Part shown: positions 24,996 to 37,784 of the stretch, piece by piece
Layout: every line of letters begins with the position of its first letter
Position numbering within the stretch: position 1 is the stretch's first letter
Source: Octopus sinensis
Lineage: Eukaryota
Assembly: GCF_006345805.1 (NCBI RefSeq)
Contig: NC_043007.1
Span: 47,554,001-47,618,000 of the forward strand
Direction: 5' to 3'
DNA: 64,000 bases
Position numbers and translations under genes: made by a program
Notes under the pieces: model-generated
What the model was told of the DNA's origin: nothing
The model's input: the letters and a program-made list of their open reading frames with translations, nothing else
Database searches by the model: none

Positions 24996-24997
<2 letters not shown>
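24820..24997 (-). mobile_element. SINE family D (Meta-domain-like), head next to (AAT)n 24998-25057
   Basis: GACTTTGCCTTTCATTCTTTCGGGGTCGATGAAAT; related copies at 33880, 47720 and 57180. Confidence 0.75.
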
Positions 24998-25058
<61 letters not shown>

Positions 25059-25399
25059 CGAAAGACATGCGAAATCAACATCGAAAAGTTTACAAATTAT
25101 AAAATATAAGTGGAACAAAACAGTAAGTACGTAAATTGATTAATTACGCATACACTCGAATGTCTACACGATAATATATACATTTAAATACCCATAGGAC
25201 TACACATACATCCCAATGTTTCCACAACTACGTGAAATTTACAGGAAACACATACACGCATATCAAAGCACGTGTCACAAACGATGAAAAAAATAACAAA
25301 ACAATTTTCTTTGTTTTTCGAACTAGCACAGAGTAAGCAATCCATAAGTTTAAAAACACCACAAAAACTATGCCCAGAGATAAATCTATCAACAGAACA

Positions 25400-27745
25400 A
25401 ACAAACAGGCGAATACAAATCTGTTAGCCTTAAGACGCTGCGTTATGAGCAATGTTCTCATTCAGAGAACATGGAGGCGGTGTTGTCTCAAAAAAATTGA
25501 CCCTAAATAGACAGATCCGTCTCCTAATGTCAACGTCCAAGCTCGTCATGCCTCGATAACAAAGCAAAATACAAACCGAATCAGTCGTCACCCGGGTCAA
25601 CAAGGGCTGCACACCCCAGTGTGGAACCAGACTAGGTTCCTAGTCAGCTACTGGTTCAAATCTTCTATAAAGGCAAGAGCTGGAAGTACTCCACAACCGG
25701 AATATTCCAACAGATGGGCATCTACGCTACGTCATTAACTAACCAAAAGAAAAAGAATGAAAATGGTCTAGGGGAGATAATAAATAAGTTCTTGAGGCCT
25801 TCTATTATGCCATGTATTTCCCCACAAAAAGATTTAATACTGAACAAACTTACATAAACTGGAGACAAACACCTTGAAGTAAGATGCTACACGGACAGTC
25901 ACTAATTTGCCAACATTAGAAGAAACATTATGAAAAAGAAATTACGAACTGAATTAGAGATTGACTCAATTAAACAATCAGTAAGGGATAAAAAGAACGA
26001 AGTTGCAGCTGATGAAGATACTACAAAGGAAATAATTATAGACCAGCCCATGTCGAATGAAAATGCAGTAATTGTAAGAAAGAGTCAATGTATCTGATAA
26101 ACAAAGTGACATACTCTCTGAACCAACCATAAACACCAACGTAGATAAAAATTAAACAGATGAAGAAAGTCACAAAGAAATTGACCCAACAGAACTAGAT
26201 GATCTAAAAAAATCAAATCATGATTGAATGGCTGAAAAGTAAAGAAACCAGTATGAATGAACGTGACACTCTCCCGAAAATTCACAACTCTAACCAAAAC
26301 CTGGAAGTATATGGTAAAATCTGTCTTGCACTTAAGGATATAATTTCTCAACGGTTCTATGTGGTAAAAAGATTAGAAAACGACAACATCCCCACAAAAA
26401 GCCTTCTTGGCAAGAGCGGATTCGACACCAAGTGCAGCTACTTAGGTCTGACATAGAATGGTTAAAAAAAACCTTAAGTTTGACAACACTATCAAACCAA
26501 CAAAACTCCGAAAATTAAAGAAAATATATAATACGAAAACCGTACTTAACATCGATACCAGCATAGAAACAATCAAGCAAAAGGCATGTACTAAAGCTGC
26601 CCGAAAAGCGCGTTAAATTCTTCAACAACATGTTCAAAAATAACCCAAAAGTTTTTTTTACAGCAAGATAGGGAATATACCAGAAGATAGGGGAAATACC
26701 AAGATAGGGAAAATAGCAATCCGTCCCATCAAAAGAAGAAGTGCAGGAATTTTGGAATATAATTTGGGCAGAAGGAAAAACAGGCAATGAAAATGCCCCT
26801 TGGATTGCTAGAATATCTACAGACTTATACTCCTTAGAAGAGCAAAGTGGGAGGGTATCAAGGTAGAGGATGTAAGATCTCCTCTCAGAAAATCAAGCAA
26901 ATGGAAGTCCCCAGGAGAGGATAAAATTCCTAACTTCAGGTTGAATGCCTTCCCAGAGATTTTTGACAGAAAAATACGAAACTTGTTGACAATGCATAGA
27001 ATGCACCACCCTAAGGCAGATATAGAACGACTTTACCTGCCAAGAAAATAAGGTGGCCGCGGACTTTTACAACTAGAATTATCAATGAAGATGGCCACAA
27101 TTGGCCTAAACACCTACCTGAAAAAATCTGATGACTGGACTTTAAAACTTATCTTAAAGCATGAAAACAAGAAAGCATCATACTCAGTAACAAAACAGGC
27201 AAAGGAATATCTAAATGAATTCCAAATACAACAAATCCCAGAATGAGACGTACTGGAAATAAGCACAGAAAAGGCTAAGTGTATGAAAGCAGGTGCTAAA
27301 ATCGCTGCCTTGGATATACTTACTGATAAATGGCAAGAAAAACTTCTCAATGGCAAATATCCAATGAGAGCTAATAATGCCGATGTTGACAAAGCCCTTA
27401 CCCATCAATAGTTAGTGTCTTCTGGCAAAATGTGGAACCGCAAATCTAAAGCAATACCTGTTGTCATAGGTGCCCTAGGAATGATAGCAAAAGAGGCTTA
27501 TTCCTACATAGCTCAGATACCAGGAAAAATAAAATACGTAAAATACTGTTTATGTAATCTCAAATTTTAAAACAAACTTATAACTTTCTTATGTTTTCTT
27601 AAACATTCTCTAGAGCGATACTATGTGCAAAACCAAATATATCACACCCTAGACATAACACCAACTTGAACTTCTAACTTGTTGTCTCTTGGGGTCTCTG
27701 GGTGAGACTTGGAGTCAACTTGTACAATTACAAAGCAAAAGTCAA
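25400..27745 (+). mobile_element. R4/Dong-like element with internal deletions (5' region to 3' UTR)
   Basis: KRMKWSR-like N-terminus; FDRKIRNLLTMHRMHHPKADIERLYLPRK.GGRGL; C-terminal IPVVIGALG; 3' UTR followed by (GAA)n. Confidence 0.85.
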
Positions 27746-27748
27746 GCA

Positions 27749-27880
27749 TAGAAGAAGAAGAAGAAGAGAAGAAGAAGAAGAAGAAGGAGGAGGAGGAGGA
27801 GGAGGAGGAGGAGGGGAGAAGAAGAAGAAGGAGGAGGAGGAGGGGAGGAGAAGAAGAAGAAGAAGAAGAAGAAGAAGAAG

Positions 27881-27921
<41 letters not shown>

Positions 27922-27930
27922 CCACAACAA
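27749..27930. repeat. (GAA)(GAG)(CAA) compound trinucleotide repeat
   Basis: Direct inspection. Confidence 0.95.
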
Positions 27931-28369
27931 CCTATACGTAGGAAATATCCGAAAGAATGCAGCAAAGCATAAATGATTAGAAACTATACTGAGAGTCTCC
28001 GGACATACGCGGAAATGTTTTTAACCACGAAACGAATCCAAAGTTTTCCGACAAGAAACAACCAGCAGCGTATTAGAATTCTCTGCTGAATAGGTAAATG
28101 CTACAAAGATATAATAAATGGTTTTGTTGCTGACTTCTTTGTCTTGGTTATGTCGGATTATTTAAATAATCATAGAAGTGTTGGTTCCATACACAGGAAA
28201 ATATGACAGGATTTGAGGATAGTCAGATAAAAGAGATTATACATAAACGCTCAACACACTACAAAATGTATCGGAGAATGATAGATTGACCATTTGTGTG
28301 CGTGGTTTTTATTCATCTTTCTACAACCCAAAGGGATGAAAGGCAAAATTGATTAAAGGAGATTAAGGC

Positions 28370-28720
28370 AAATCGTCCAGTTGTTATTGCCAAAGTCCAC
28401 CAATAAAAGAAGTATCTTCTAATCGATATATCAATGCCAAATGAAGACAATATATCTCACTAAATGAAATGGAAAATACAAGGAAATAGAGATACCCATG
28501 ATATTGGAGCTGAAAGCAGAGACAGTCACCATAATCCATCATGAGATTGATAATAAAGTTTCAAATAAGTACATAATAAATATGTAATCAATATATAATA
28601 AATAAAAACATTCTTACACGGGATACAACATGCTGTATATAACACTATTAGGTTTGCATATATATTATTTAGAATACTCTTGGCATGGCAGAGAAACTCA
28701 AAACCAAAACCTAGCAAATG
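28370..28720 (+). mobile_element. R4/Dong-like RLE C-terminal fragment
   Basis: RPVVI...LLIDISMP...EIEIPMILELKAETVT. Confidence 0.7.
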
Positions 28721-29302
28721 CTTATAGTGGCGCTTTACTCAGTCACGCAATTACAGTAGGTAATAACAATATCATTTTCTTGAATCGAGGATGAATATTT
28801 TAAGTGGAGGGTGGTGAGCCGGCTGTAAAATGTTGTATATGCATGGCCAGTATAACACTTCGAGTCGTGAAGTTTACAACTTTCAAATTTGCAATCAAAT
28901 AAATCAATATCTTAGAAGCTATAGCTTGGTTTTTACAACTTACAGATTTTTTTTCTTTTCAGCCGGTAAACATGCTCCAAATGATCAATGTTTTTACAAA
29001 TATGATTGCAAAGGTCAAAGAAAAACTTATCGGTATTATTCCTTTATTGCCCATTCAGGAACAACACTCTCCCGCCAGCTCACCATTAAATCAATGACAA
29101 ATCTCCGGAGTAAATATGGGAGCGCAGGCGTTCGCTCTCCATGTATGTGGGTACAAAATTTCGCATAGAATTATGTTTTTGTGAAACAACTAACAAGATT
29201 ACATAGTGGTTGGGCGAAATTGCATAACCCCATAGATCATCACGTCCATGTTTTCTTTTCTGCAAGATATATATATCTGTGTGTGTGTGTGTGTGTGTTT
29301 TT

Positions 29303-29356
<54 letters not shown>

Positions 29357-29619
29357 TATGTATGTATGTACGTACGTACATAGTGGGGCGTTTGTGTGTG
29401 TGTTGATGGCGCATCTCATTTTGAAGTCACTTTCGCACATACTAATTATAATTTTTTTTCTAATTTGGCAGAACCGAAGTGATCTCGATTTCGTAGACGA
29501 CTAAGCTCACTGTGCATGCCTGGGCTAGTGGGAAAGAATCTGGTTCCTGACGTGGCAGTTTGGAGTGAACATTTTGGTTGCTTTACTTTTAAATGCTTTC
29601 TTGTATATTAGGACTGCAC

Positions 29620-29920
29620 CTATAAGAGCCTTCTTTCCTCTAAAGAAATATTCGATGAAGTAACACTCTACTACACTATCACCCTGAATGAGAGTGGCTT
29701 TAAAGAGAAGATATCAGACATCCGCCAAAACAAAACGCCTAAACGTATACAACAGTAAATCATATGGTTAGCTCCTACTTTCTCCTTCACTATTAGGACT
29801 AATGTAGTTTCAAAAACAAGTTACTGGCCTTGGTAGAGAAACATTTCCTGATGTCCATAGATATAAGAACACTTCAATAGACGCTCCGTGAACTTTTCCT
29901 ACATTTTCAGCCAGGATGCC
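29620..29920 (+). mobile_element. Penelope-like ORF fragment (post-RT region)
   Basis: KEIFDEV..YY...LNESGFKEKI; IIWLAPTFS...RTNV...LLALVEKHFP..HRY. Confidence 0.65.
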
Positions 29921-30039
29921 AACTCCAAGCTGCAATTGCCGGAAGCACGATACATGCGCACTAGACCAGGCATCACACACACATATATGTATGTTTGTGT
30001 GTGTGTGTGTGTGTGTACGTGCGTGTGTATACATGTATA

Positions 30040-30149
30040 TACACATATATGTCTATGTATATATATATATCTATATGTATATATATACATATATATATAT
30101 ACGTACATATATATATATAAATATATATATATATGTGTGTATATATATG

Positions 30150-30236
<87 letters not shown>

Positions 30237-30255
30237 GTATATATATATATATATG

Positions 30256-30302
<47 letters not shown>

Positions 30303-30488
30303 ATTATATATGTATGTATATATTATGTATGTATATATAATGTATGTATGTATATTATATATATATCTATATATATATATATATATATTATTTATATATA
30401 TATATGTATATATACATATATATATATACGTACATATATATATATAAATATATATATATGTGTGTATATATATGTATATATATATATG

Positions 30489-30552
<64 letters not shown>

Positions 30553-30783
30553 TATATATAATATATATATATATGTATGTATATAATATATATATTATAT
30601 ATATATATAATATATGTATGTATATATATATGTATGTATATTATATGTATGTATATATATATGTATGTATATATATATATGATATATATATATATATATA
30701 TATTATTATATATATTATGTATATATATATATTATATATATATATATACATATATATGTATATATATTATATATATATATATA
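30040..30783. repeat. ~750-bp degenerate (TA)n/(TATG) tract
   Basis: Direct inspection. Confidence 0.95.
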
Positions 30784-32378
30784 CTAGCCTTATGACCCGT
30801 CGTTGCCGGGTCATAGTGCTAGTGCATGTATATATGTGTACATATATGTGTGTACATATTATGTACATCTATATATATACATCTACACATAAAATACAAA
30901 ATACAAAGTTATATCCTGATATCGCTAGTGATAACAATACTCAAAATATATAACAGACTGCAATTTCGATCAATTGTATCTTGTCTTCCCTCTTGTATAG
31001 AAGTGTGGCTACAATCCAGCCTACCTATACTTCTGGGGGGACATTTTAAATTTTAACCGGACGTCCCACGTTCCAGATATAAAGATAAAAATAAAATATT
31101 TCCACTTTGCAGGTTTCGAGTCGAGTACTCCCTTGCTCGCTCCGTTGACTCGAACCTTGCTTCTATTGTGGGGAAGTTACCGCCTCTGGTTAGATACTTG
31201 ATATCTTTCATACTCGCACCAAGACACTTTTCGATGGTGCTTTCCTCCAGGTGTTCAAATCTTTTTTTTTTTCTCTACATTGTATACTTTATAGACAATA
31301 GTCTTTTCTTTAATTTAATTTTTTATTTCGCTTGGTGGTGTTATCCTAGATTCACCGTCTTTGTCGGTGATCAATCCGAAATATGTTTGTATTTCTTCCA
31401 TTTTAATGAGTTCGCGCCCGCCGACAGCTGCAGTGAAATTCATTTTTGGACTTTCTTCTATCGAAGACATTTTAACAAAAATGCTTCCGTATAAACGGTG
31501 AAAATATTGTCAATTTCCCCAAACAGGGGCACAATTCAATTTTTAAACAATAACCAAAGCTCCTTCTCCCAAAGCGGGAGGGTTACGGTTTACAATTATT
31601 TAACAAATGCAACACAACAACGTTTCCCTTACGAGGAACCAACACACGTGATAACAATAATTAAACAGTAATAATAATAACAACAAACCTTACGGTGAAT
31701 CAAAAAGCAGTACGCAGTTGAAGCTATATTCCTTTATGTATAAGAAATAAACCAACAGCAGTACTCAGTAGAAGCGGCTGTTCGAGAAAACAGACATTAC
31801 ATAGAGACAAACTTCATATAGATACTTAATGCTAGCTAATTAGCAGATAATCTAATGTAAAAGCCGTGGTAAAGGGTATGTGCACAGCTCTATCTGGACT
31901 ATTCCATTTCTGCACTTAAGTTTTATTTTTTATTTATTCCCATTCATGTGAAGCCACTTATTCAAGTTCAAGTCATTGATGCAATTTTATACCAATTGTT
32001 ATTTTTACTTTTAATTGTTATGTTACGATTTAATCATTATATTATACTTTAGTTTGATTTTAATTATTACTTACTACATATAATTCAATTATTATTTTCT
32101 CTAATTTTTATTGTTAATGTGAAAGTATCTGACATAAAATAGAGAAATGTTTTTGTTTCACTTTTAACACGTAATACTGAAATAGTGGAAAAGATATGAT
32201 ATTACTATAGGCTCGCCCTAAGCAAGAAGTTGAACATTTTTTTTTGCCCATGAAACTACATGAACCCTAAGTAAGGCATGTGTAAAATTTGAATGAAATT
32301 CGTTGTGAAGTTCTCAGGTTTTAGGGAAACACACAGACAGACAGACAGACAGACACACATTCTCAGTTTTATATGTAG
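30784..32378 (-). mobile_element. ~1.6-kb non-autonomous Helitron-like element
   Basis: Minus 5' end ATCTACATATAAAAC then (CTGT)n; 3' hairpin ATGACCCG-GCAACGA-CGGGTCAT then AAGG-CTAG; same architecture as 2405-2777. Continuity between the two ends is inferred. Confidence 0.55.
30950..31470 (-). pseudogene. disrupted ORF, possibly L1/Tx1-like ORF1 N-terminus, with upstream UTR-like region to ~31800
   Basis: MSSIEESPKMNF...KEKTIVYKVYNV(frameshift)RFEHLEESTIEKCLG...IEARFESTERAREYSTRNL...CPPEV.VGWIV; in-frame stops plus a frameshift in an A11 run. Confidence 0.45.
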
Positions 32379-32616
32379 ATGACTAACTGTCGGTCTGATA
32401 AGCTGGATTTTCCGATAAAGAAATCAACTAGCTGATTCGCACATTACAAATACAAGTTGTAAGCGGAACAGTAAAACTACGCATTTCAGTGTAACATAGT
32501 TTTCGTAACTACATTCCACAGACGGAGCTTTATATATATATTATTTCGTTTAGTTTCAGCTCACGAGCTGTGGCCATGCTGAGGCACCGCCATTGAAAAT
32601 AAATTAAACAGAATAA

Positions 32617-32690
<74 letters not shown>

Positions 32691-32950
32691 GTATGTATTT
32701 ATGTCTCTTCTGTACTTGTGTATTTAAACCCTTAAATTCTTCCTCTGAAGAAGGAGCTGGTTTCTCACAAAAATACAAAGCTCCGTCTGTGGAATGTAGA
32801 TAACGAAAACTGTGTTACAATGAAAAAAGTCATGCGTAGTTTTACTGTTCCGCTTACAGCTTGTATTTGTAATGTGCGAATCAGCTAGTTGATTTCTTTA
32901 TCGGAAAATCCAGCTTATCCAGACCGACAGTTAGTCATCTACATATAAAA
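32366..32950. repeat. ~165-bp inverted repeat pair (32366-32531 / 32775-32950) around a TA tract and a LINE tail
   Basis: TATATGTAGATGACTAACTGTCGGTC... / ...GACCGACAGTTAGTCATCTACATATA. Confidence 0.9.
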
Positions 32951-33099
32951 CCAAGAAGTGCTCCAATTATTATTGGTATAAATGTAAATTAGTAATCCAG
33001 ATATATAAGTGGGAGGTTTCGATGCCGTTGTCCATAGTTATCTTCTTTCTCTTTGATCTTGAAAGAGATATTCACATCAGCACAACAACTGACCTCTAT

Positions 33100-33700
33100 G
33101 ACGGTACATACTTTTCTTGTCTGTCCCAAACAACAATATTCAGTTTGATATGTTTACTCTTGACAAATAATTTGATGGGAATGTTCCACAAGTATTCCTT
33201 GTGCTGGTATTTGTGACGATTTCAATAAGAGGGTATTCTCTACATTTATTCCGGGACAGTCCCTTTTTTTCCGAATGGCATTGTATATAGTTTTTGCGAC
33301 AACGTCATGTCGCATAGGGTGGTTGTAGCTTGATGACATTTTTAGGCAGCTGCTAATCACGTGTGATGTCTTCCACGGAAATGTGATATAATCTACATCT
33401 ACGGTTGCATTTTGCAACTCCAAGGGCTTCACTCTTTCTTTTGTTGATTAGGTATTTAGATGCAGTTTCCTGTTCTTAGGTTGCAAATTCATAGCCTTTC
33501 AAATGTGATGTGATGTAGCTGACACGAGTCCAAGAGAGGCTTCACTTCATGTCAATGCTACTATTTTCTTGAAGTCTACGAGAAACCTACCCATGCATGG
33601 CCATTTTCTTTTTTTTTTCTTTTGTATGCTGAGCTTTTCACTTCCAGGTCTTCTTTGAGATAAGCTAGACAACCTGATTTGGGGCTGTATAGGACGTCAT
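33100..33700 (-). mobile_element. R4/Dong-like CCHC/RLE fragment
   Basis: HVISSC.KMSSSY..PMRHDVVAKTIYNAI. Confidence 0.75.
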
Positions 33701-33879
33701 CGGGAAGGGAGTTCCTGAGGAACTCAGTTCCATGTATGTATGTATATAATATTATCTTTTAAAATATTCCAAATCGTATTTCAATAATTTTCCAATTTTC
33801 CAATGATTTTACATTTTCCAAATAAAATCTGACAAAGCAGTGGCGCACAGTGCTGTACGTATAGAATCCAGTATGTTCT

Positions 33880-34250
33880 TTTCTACTCTAGGCACAAGGC
33901 CCAAAATTTTCAGTGAGAGGGTCAGTCAATTAGATCGACCCCAGTACGCAACTGGTACTTAATTTATCGACCTCGACGCAATTTGAACTCAGAGCGTAAC
34001 GGCAGACGAAATACCTATTTCTATACTACCCACAAGGGGCTAAACACAGAGGAGACAAACAAGGACAGACAGACGGATTAAGTCGATTATATCGACCCCA
34101 GTGCATAACTGGAACTTAATTTATCGACCCCAAAAGGATGAAAGGCAAAGTCGACCTCGGTGAAATTTGATCTCAGAACATAACGGCAGACGAAATAAGG
34201 CTACGCATTTCGTCCGGTGTGCTAACGTTTCTGCCAGCTCGCTACCCTTA
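33880..34250 (-). mobile_element. SINE family D with partial internal duplication
   Basis: Meta-like core present twice (33940-34015 and 34095-34200). Confidence 0.8.
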
Positions 34251-35159
34251 GAATCCAGTCTATTGTTTCGTCTTTCAGACATCAGGATTCAAATTTCGCT
34301 GCTAAGTTTGTCGTTCATCAGGTTTGCGCCTCAACTTTGCTAAGGTATAACAACAATAGTTAGAGTGAACGTTTTTGTTGTCGTCGTTCTTTTGCTCTAG
34401 GACAGCCCCGTTCACGCAGACTTATTATCAGAGGTATTTCCTCCGAGAACATAACATTTGCATTTTGTATGTCAGGAACTAGAGAGAGAGATTAAGGGAG
34501 ATAGAGTGACGTTGACTATGTATATGAACAATAAGGCAGAGGGGCTTACCTCAGAGGGACGTTCTGCTTAATAATACAGTTATAATACAGTTTTAATACG
34601 GTAATGTGAAAAACACTGATTAACGATTATTATGAGAAGAGAAAAACTCCGTCCATGATGTGTAAAATCTAAGAACAATAGGCAATACTAGCTTGTTACT
34701 AAATATAAATCTGCATATAACTAACTTAGCACAGAACCAATAGATTTGGGTTAGCTTTTTTTTCTATTCGTAAATGAAAATGCGATAATAAATATTGTCT
34801 CAAGTTTCTTTTTATATATCTCTGAATAATATTTATAGAGAACATTTTTAAATATTTCTAAAGACCAAACTTCATTGCTGAACAGACTTTCAGGGGCCGA
34901 AACACTGTGATAGATTTACTTGATGTGCGACATTATAAAACTAGCATCATGCTAAAATTGCATAATTCTTTTGAAATCTAAATTTATTCCAAGTGGGAAT
35001 ATTTTTTGAAATGCTGCAAACATTGAAAATGTTTAAGTAAATGTTAATATAAACCTGATTATTTTGTTTATCAAGTCCTGATTGATCCAAACAATATTTA
35101 ATTTTACTATCGTTTGTGTGTGTGTATACGTCCAGTCTTTTGTCGTATATACTCAGAAG

Positions 35160-35790
35160 CTTGAGCAGGTCATGTTGTGCACATGCAAGATAACAGGATT
35201 CTAAAGCAGCTGTTCTACGGTGAGCTCTGCATCGGAAAGTGTCTTCGGTGTAAATCACAAAAACTGATTCAAAGACTGCATAAAAGACAACCTGAAGGAA
35301 CTGTAAAACAATCTAAAGAACTGGAAAAAACTAGCTTTGGGAAGAGGAAGTGTGTAGCGAAGGTTGTAAAACTTTTGAAAAGGATCGCCTTGAATGCGAC
35401 AGTTTAAAGCGCCGGTTCCGGAAAGGCAGTCATCAGAACATTAATATGTACTGGAGATGTGAAATACTGCGTACTCATTTCTAAGGGTATGTCAACTATT
35501 TGACGTCTTGTAAAAGATCAAATGTATACAATGTCCTTCCTCCAAGACCGGATGATTCGACGTGTCTGAAAGCGCTTGCAAGTGGATTTCGGGGCTAAAG
35601 GGACATATGGCGGTTCACCGAGATCATATCTCACAAAATGATCTGATCGATCCAGTGGAAGTTATAACTTGCCTTTATCACCTATGCCTCAAACCATGCA
35701 AATCTGCAGTGGGACTGAATAGGCATCTGAGAGGTCATAGACGGGAGGTCAGAAATGCCATTATCAACAAGGAAGCTTATAGTGACGGTA
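35160..35790 (+). mobile_element. RTE-clade LINE 3' fragment with C-terminal Zn-finger remnant
   Basis: AGHVVHMQDNRILKQLFYGEL...; CLKPCKSAVGLNRHLRGH. Confidence 0.8.
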
Positions 35791-35841
35791 ATCATCTGTG
35801 AATTTGGAATAGTCAGCATGTGTATACATAGGTAGGTATAT

Positions 35842-35896
<55 letters not shown>

Positions 35897-35897
<1 letters not shown>

Positions 35898-36126
35898 TTT
35901 ATTTAAAAGCAGCAGAAAATTCAACAAAACCTTTTACTGTGAGTTTCACGTTCCCGTTCGTCGGACAGTTTTTCTAGCAAAAACTGTCCGACGAGCGGGA
36001 ACGTGAAACTCAGAGTAACAGGTTTTGTTGAATTTTCTTCTGCTTTTAAATAAAGCATATTACTCTACCACTGGTATTTGAGTACTCTTTTTTCCACCTT
36101 GTTTCACATTTATGTGTTTACTCCGG
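35897..36126. mobile_element. Penelope-like terminal cassette with a 159-bp palindrome (35897-36055) of two HHR copies
   Basis: Arms meet at CTAGC (35974-78); (TA)n on both flanks. Confidence 0.8.
35984..36021 (+). ncRNA. compact type I hammerhead motif, U4C variant
   Basis: CUGU-CCGACGA-GCG(GGAA)CGU-GAAA-CUC(A)GAG-UA^ACAG. Confidence 0.6.
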
Positions 36127-36138
36127 TATATATATATA

Positions 36139-36198
<60 letters not shown>

Positions 36199-36209
36199 TA
36201 TATATTAAT

Positions 36210-36295
<86 letters not shown>

Positions 36296-36323
36296 ATATA
36301 TATATATATATATATATATAGTC

Positions 36324-36396
<73 letters not shown>

Positions 36397-36398
<2 letters not shown>

Positions 36399-36740
36399 CG
36401 CATGGCTCAGTGGATAGAGCGTCGAGCTTACGATCGTGAGGTTGTGAGCTCGAATCCCGGATGGGGCTGCGTGTTGTGTTCTTGAGCAAGGCACTTTATT
36501 TCACGTTGCTCCAGTTCACTCAGCTGTAGAAATGAGTTGCGACGTCACAGGTGCCAAGCTGTATCGGCCCTTGCCTTTCCCATGGACAACATCAGTGACG
36601 TGGAGAGGGGAGGCCGGTATGCATGGGCGACTGCTGGTCTTCCATAAAAACAACCTTGCCCAGACTTGTGCCTCAGAGGGTATCTCTCTAGGTGCAAACC
36701 CATGGTCAGTGCCTGACCGAAGGGGGTCTTTACCCCTTTA
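36397..36740 (+). mobile_element. SINE family C, full length, inside (TA)n
   Basis: Matches 22570-22910. Confidence 0.9.
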
Positions 36741-36749
36741 TATATATAT

Positions 36750-37738
36750 ATGCGTCTTGGGACCACTGCTTTTCATAGTGGCTCTCTCAGATATGCCCTC
36801 AACTGCCCGGATAACCACCCTTGCTAGCTACGCAGACGATACGAAAGTCTCGCAGAAAATGCAGAACCCCAGCGATGGAGTTAGACTTAGACTCAATTTA
36901 CAGATGGGCTAAGGATAATAATATGCAGTTTAATGCTGAAAATTCCTAACCCTGCGCTACCAGCGTCCAAAACTGAATATAAAACTTACAGGGTACATCG
37001 GTCCACAGGGGATTTCAATCCCAAAGCCTAAATCAGTGAGGTACCTGGGTATCGACATGAGTAATGATGCCTCTTTCCAAGTGCACATTACCAGGATGGC
37101 GACAAAGTGTAGACAACTGGCAGAATGGATCCTGAGAACGTTCAGAACCAGAGAAAAGAAAACCATGATGGTCCTCTGGAGGACATTCTTCCTCAGCCGC
37201 CTGGATTACTGCACCCAGCTATGGTCACCCAACAGTGTAAACTTAACAGCGGACCTTGAAGCATTCCAGCGAAGCTTCACAAAGAAGATTGTCTCATTAT
37301 TTCAACACAGTAATATACATCTGGAAGATCCTGGAAGGAATTGTGCCAAATTTTGGCATTGAAAGCTACACCAATACCAGAACGGGTCGACACTACACAA
37401 TGCCAAAGATCCCAGCAATGTCATCGCGCTTCAGGACCTGTTACTGCAACAGCCTGGGTTTCAGTGGCCCACAGCTTTTCAATATTCGCCCAAAGAGCCT
37501 GAGGGACCTATACAAAGTGGATGTAGGTGTTTTCAAATCAAAACTGGACCTCTTCCTGTATAGAGTCCCAGATGAACCTACCTCATGGCAAGGGGTGCAA
37601 ATGAGGGTAGCGACATCAAACTTCATTCTTCACCAAGTGCCACATATTAGAGGAGGCTCACAGTATTAACAGTGTAGGAAAACGGCGGTGCCCCAGCATG
37701 ACCGTAGCTCTGAGCTAAAACTACAAAAACAAAAAAAA
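36750..37738 (+). mobile_element. CR1/L2-like LINE, 5'-truncated, with 3' tail
   Basis: VLGPLLFIVALSDMP...ASYADDTK; YLGIDMSND; LSRLDYCTQLWSP; tail GGCGGTGCCCCAGCATG. Confidence 0.9.

Positions 37739-37783
<45 letters not shown>

Positions 37784-37784
<1 letters not shown>

Noticed and set aside
25590-25665. HDV-like ribozyme in the R4-like 5' region
   Set aside because: Hairpins are present, but I could not build the P1/P1.1/P2 pseudoknot; it folds more simply as a nested stem-loop.
34870-34915. CUGAACA...GGCC-GAAACAC HHR-like string
   Set aside because: 3:8 mismatch, weak stems and no valid cleavage triplet.
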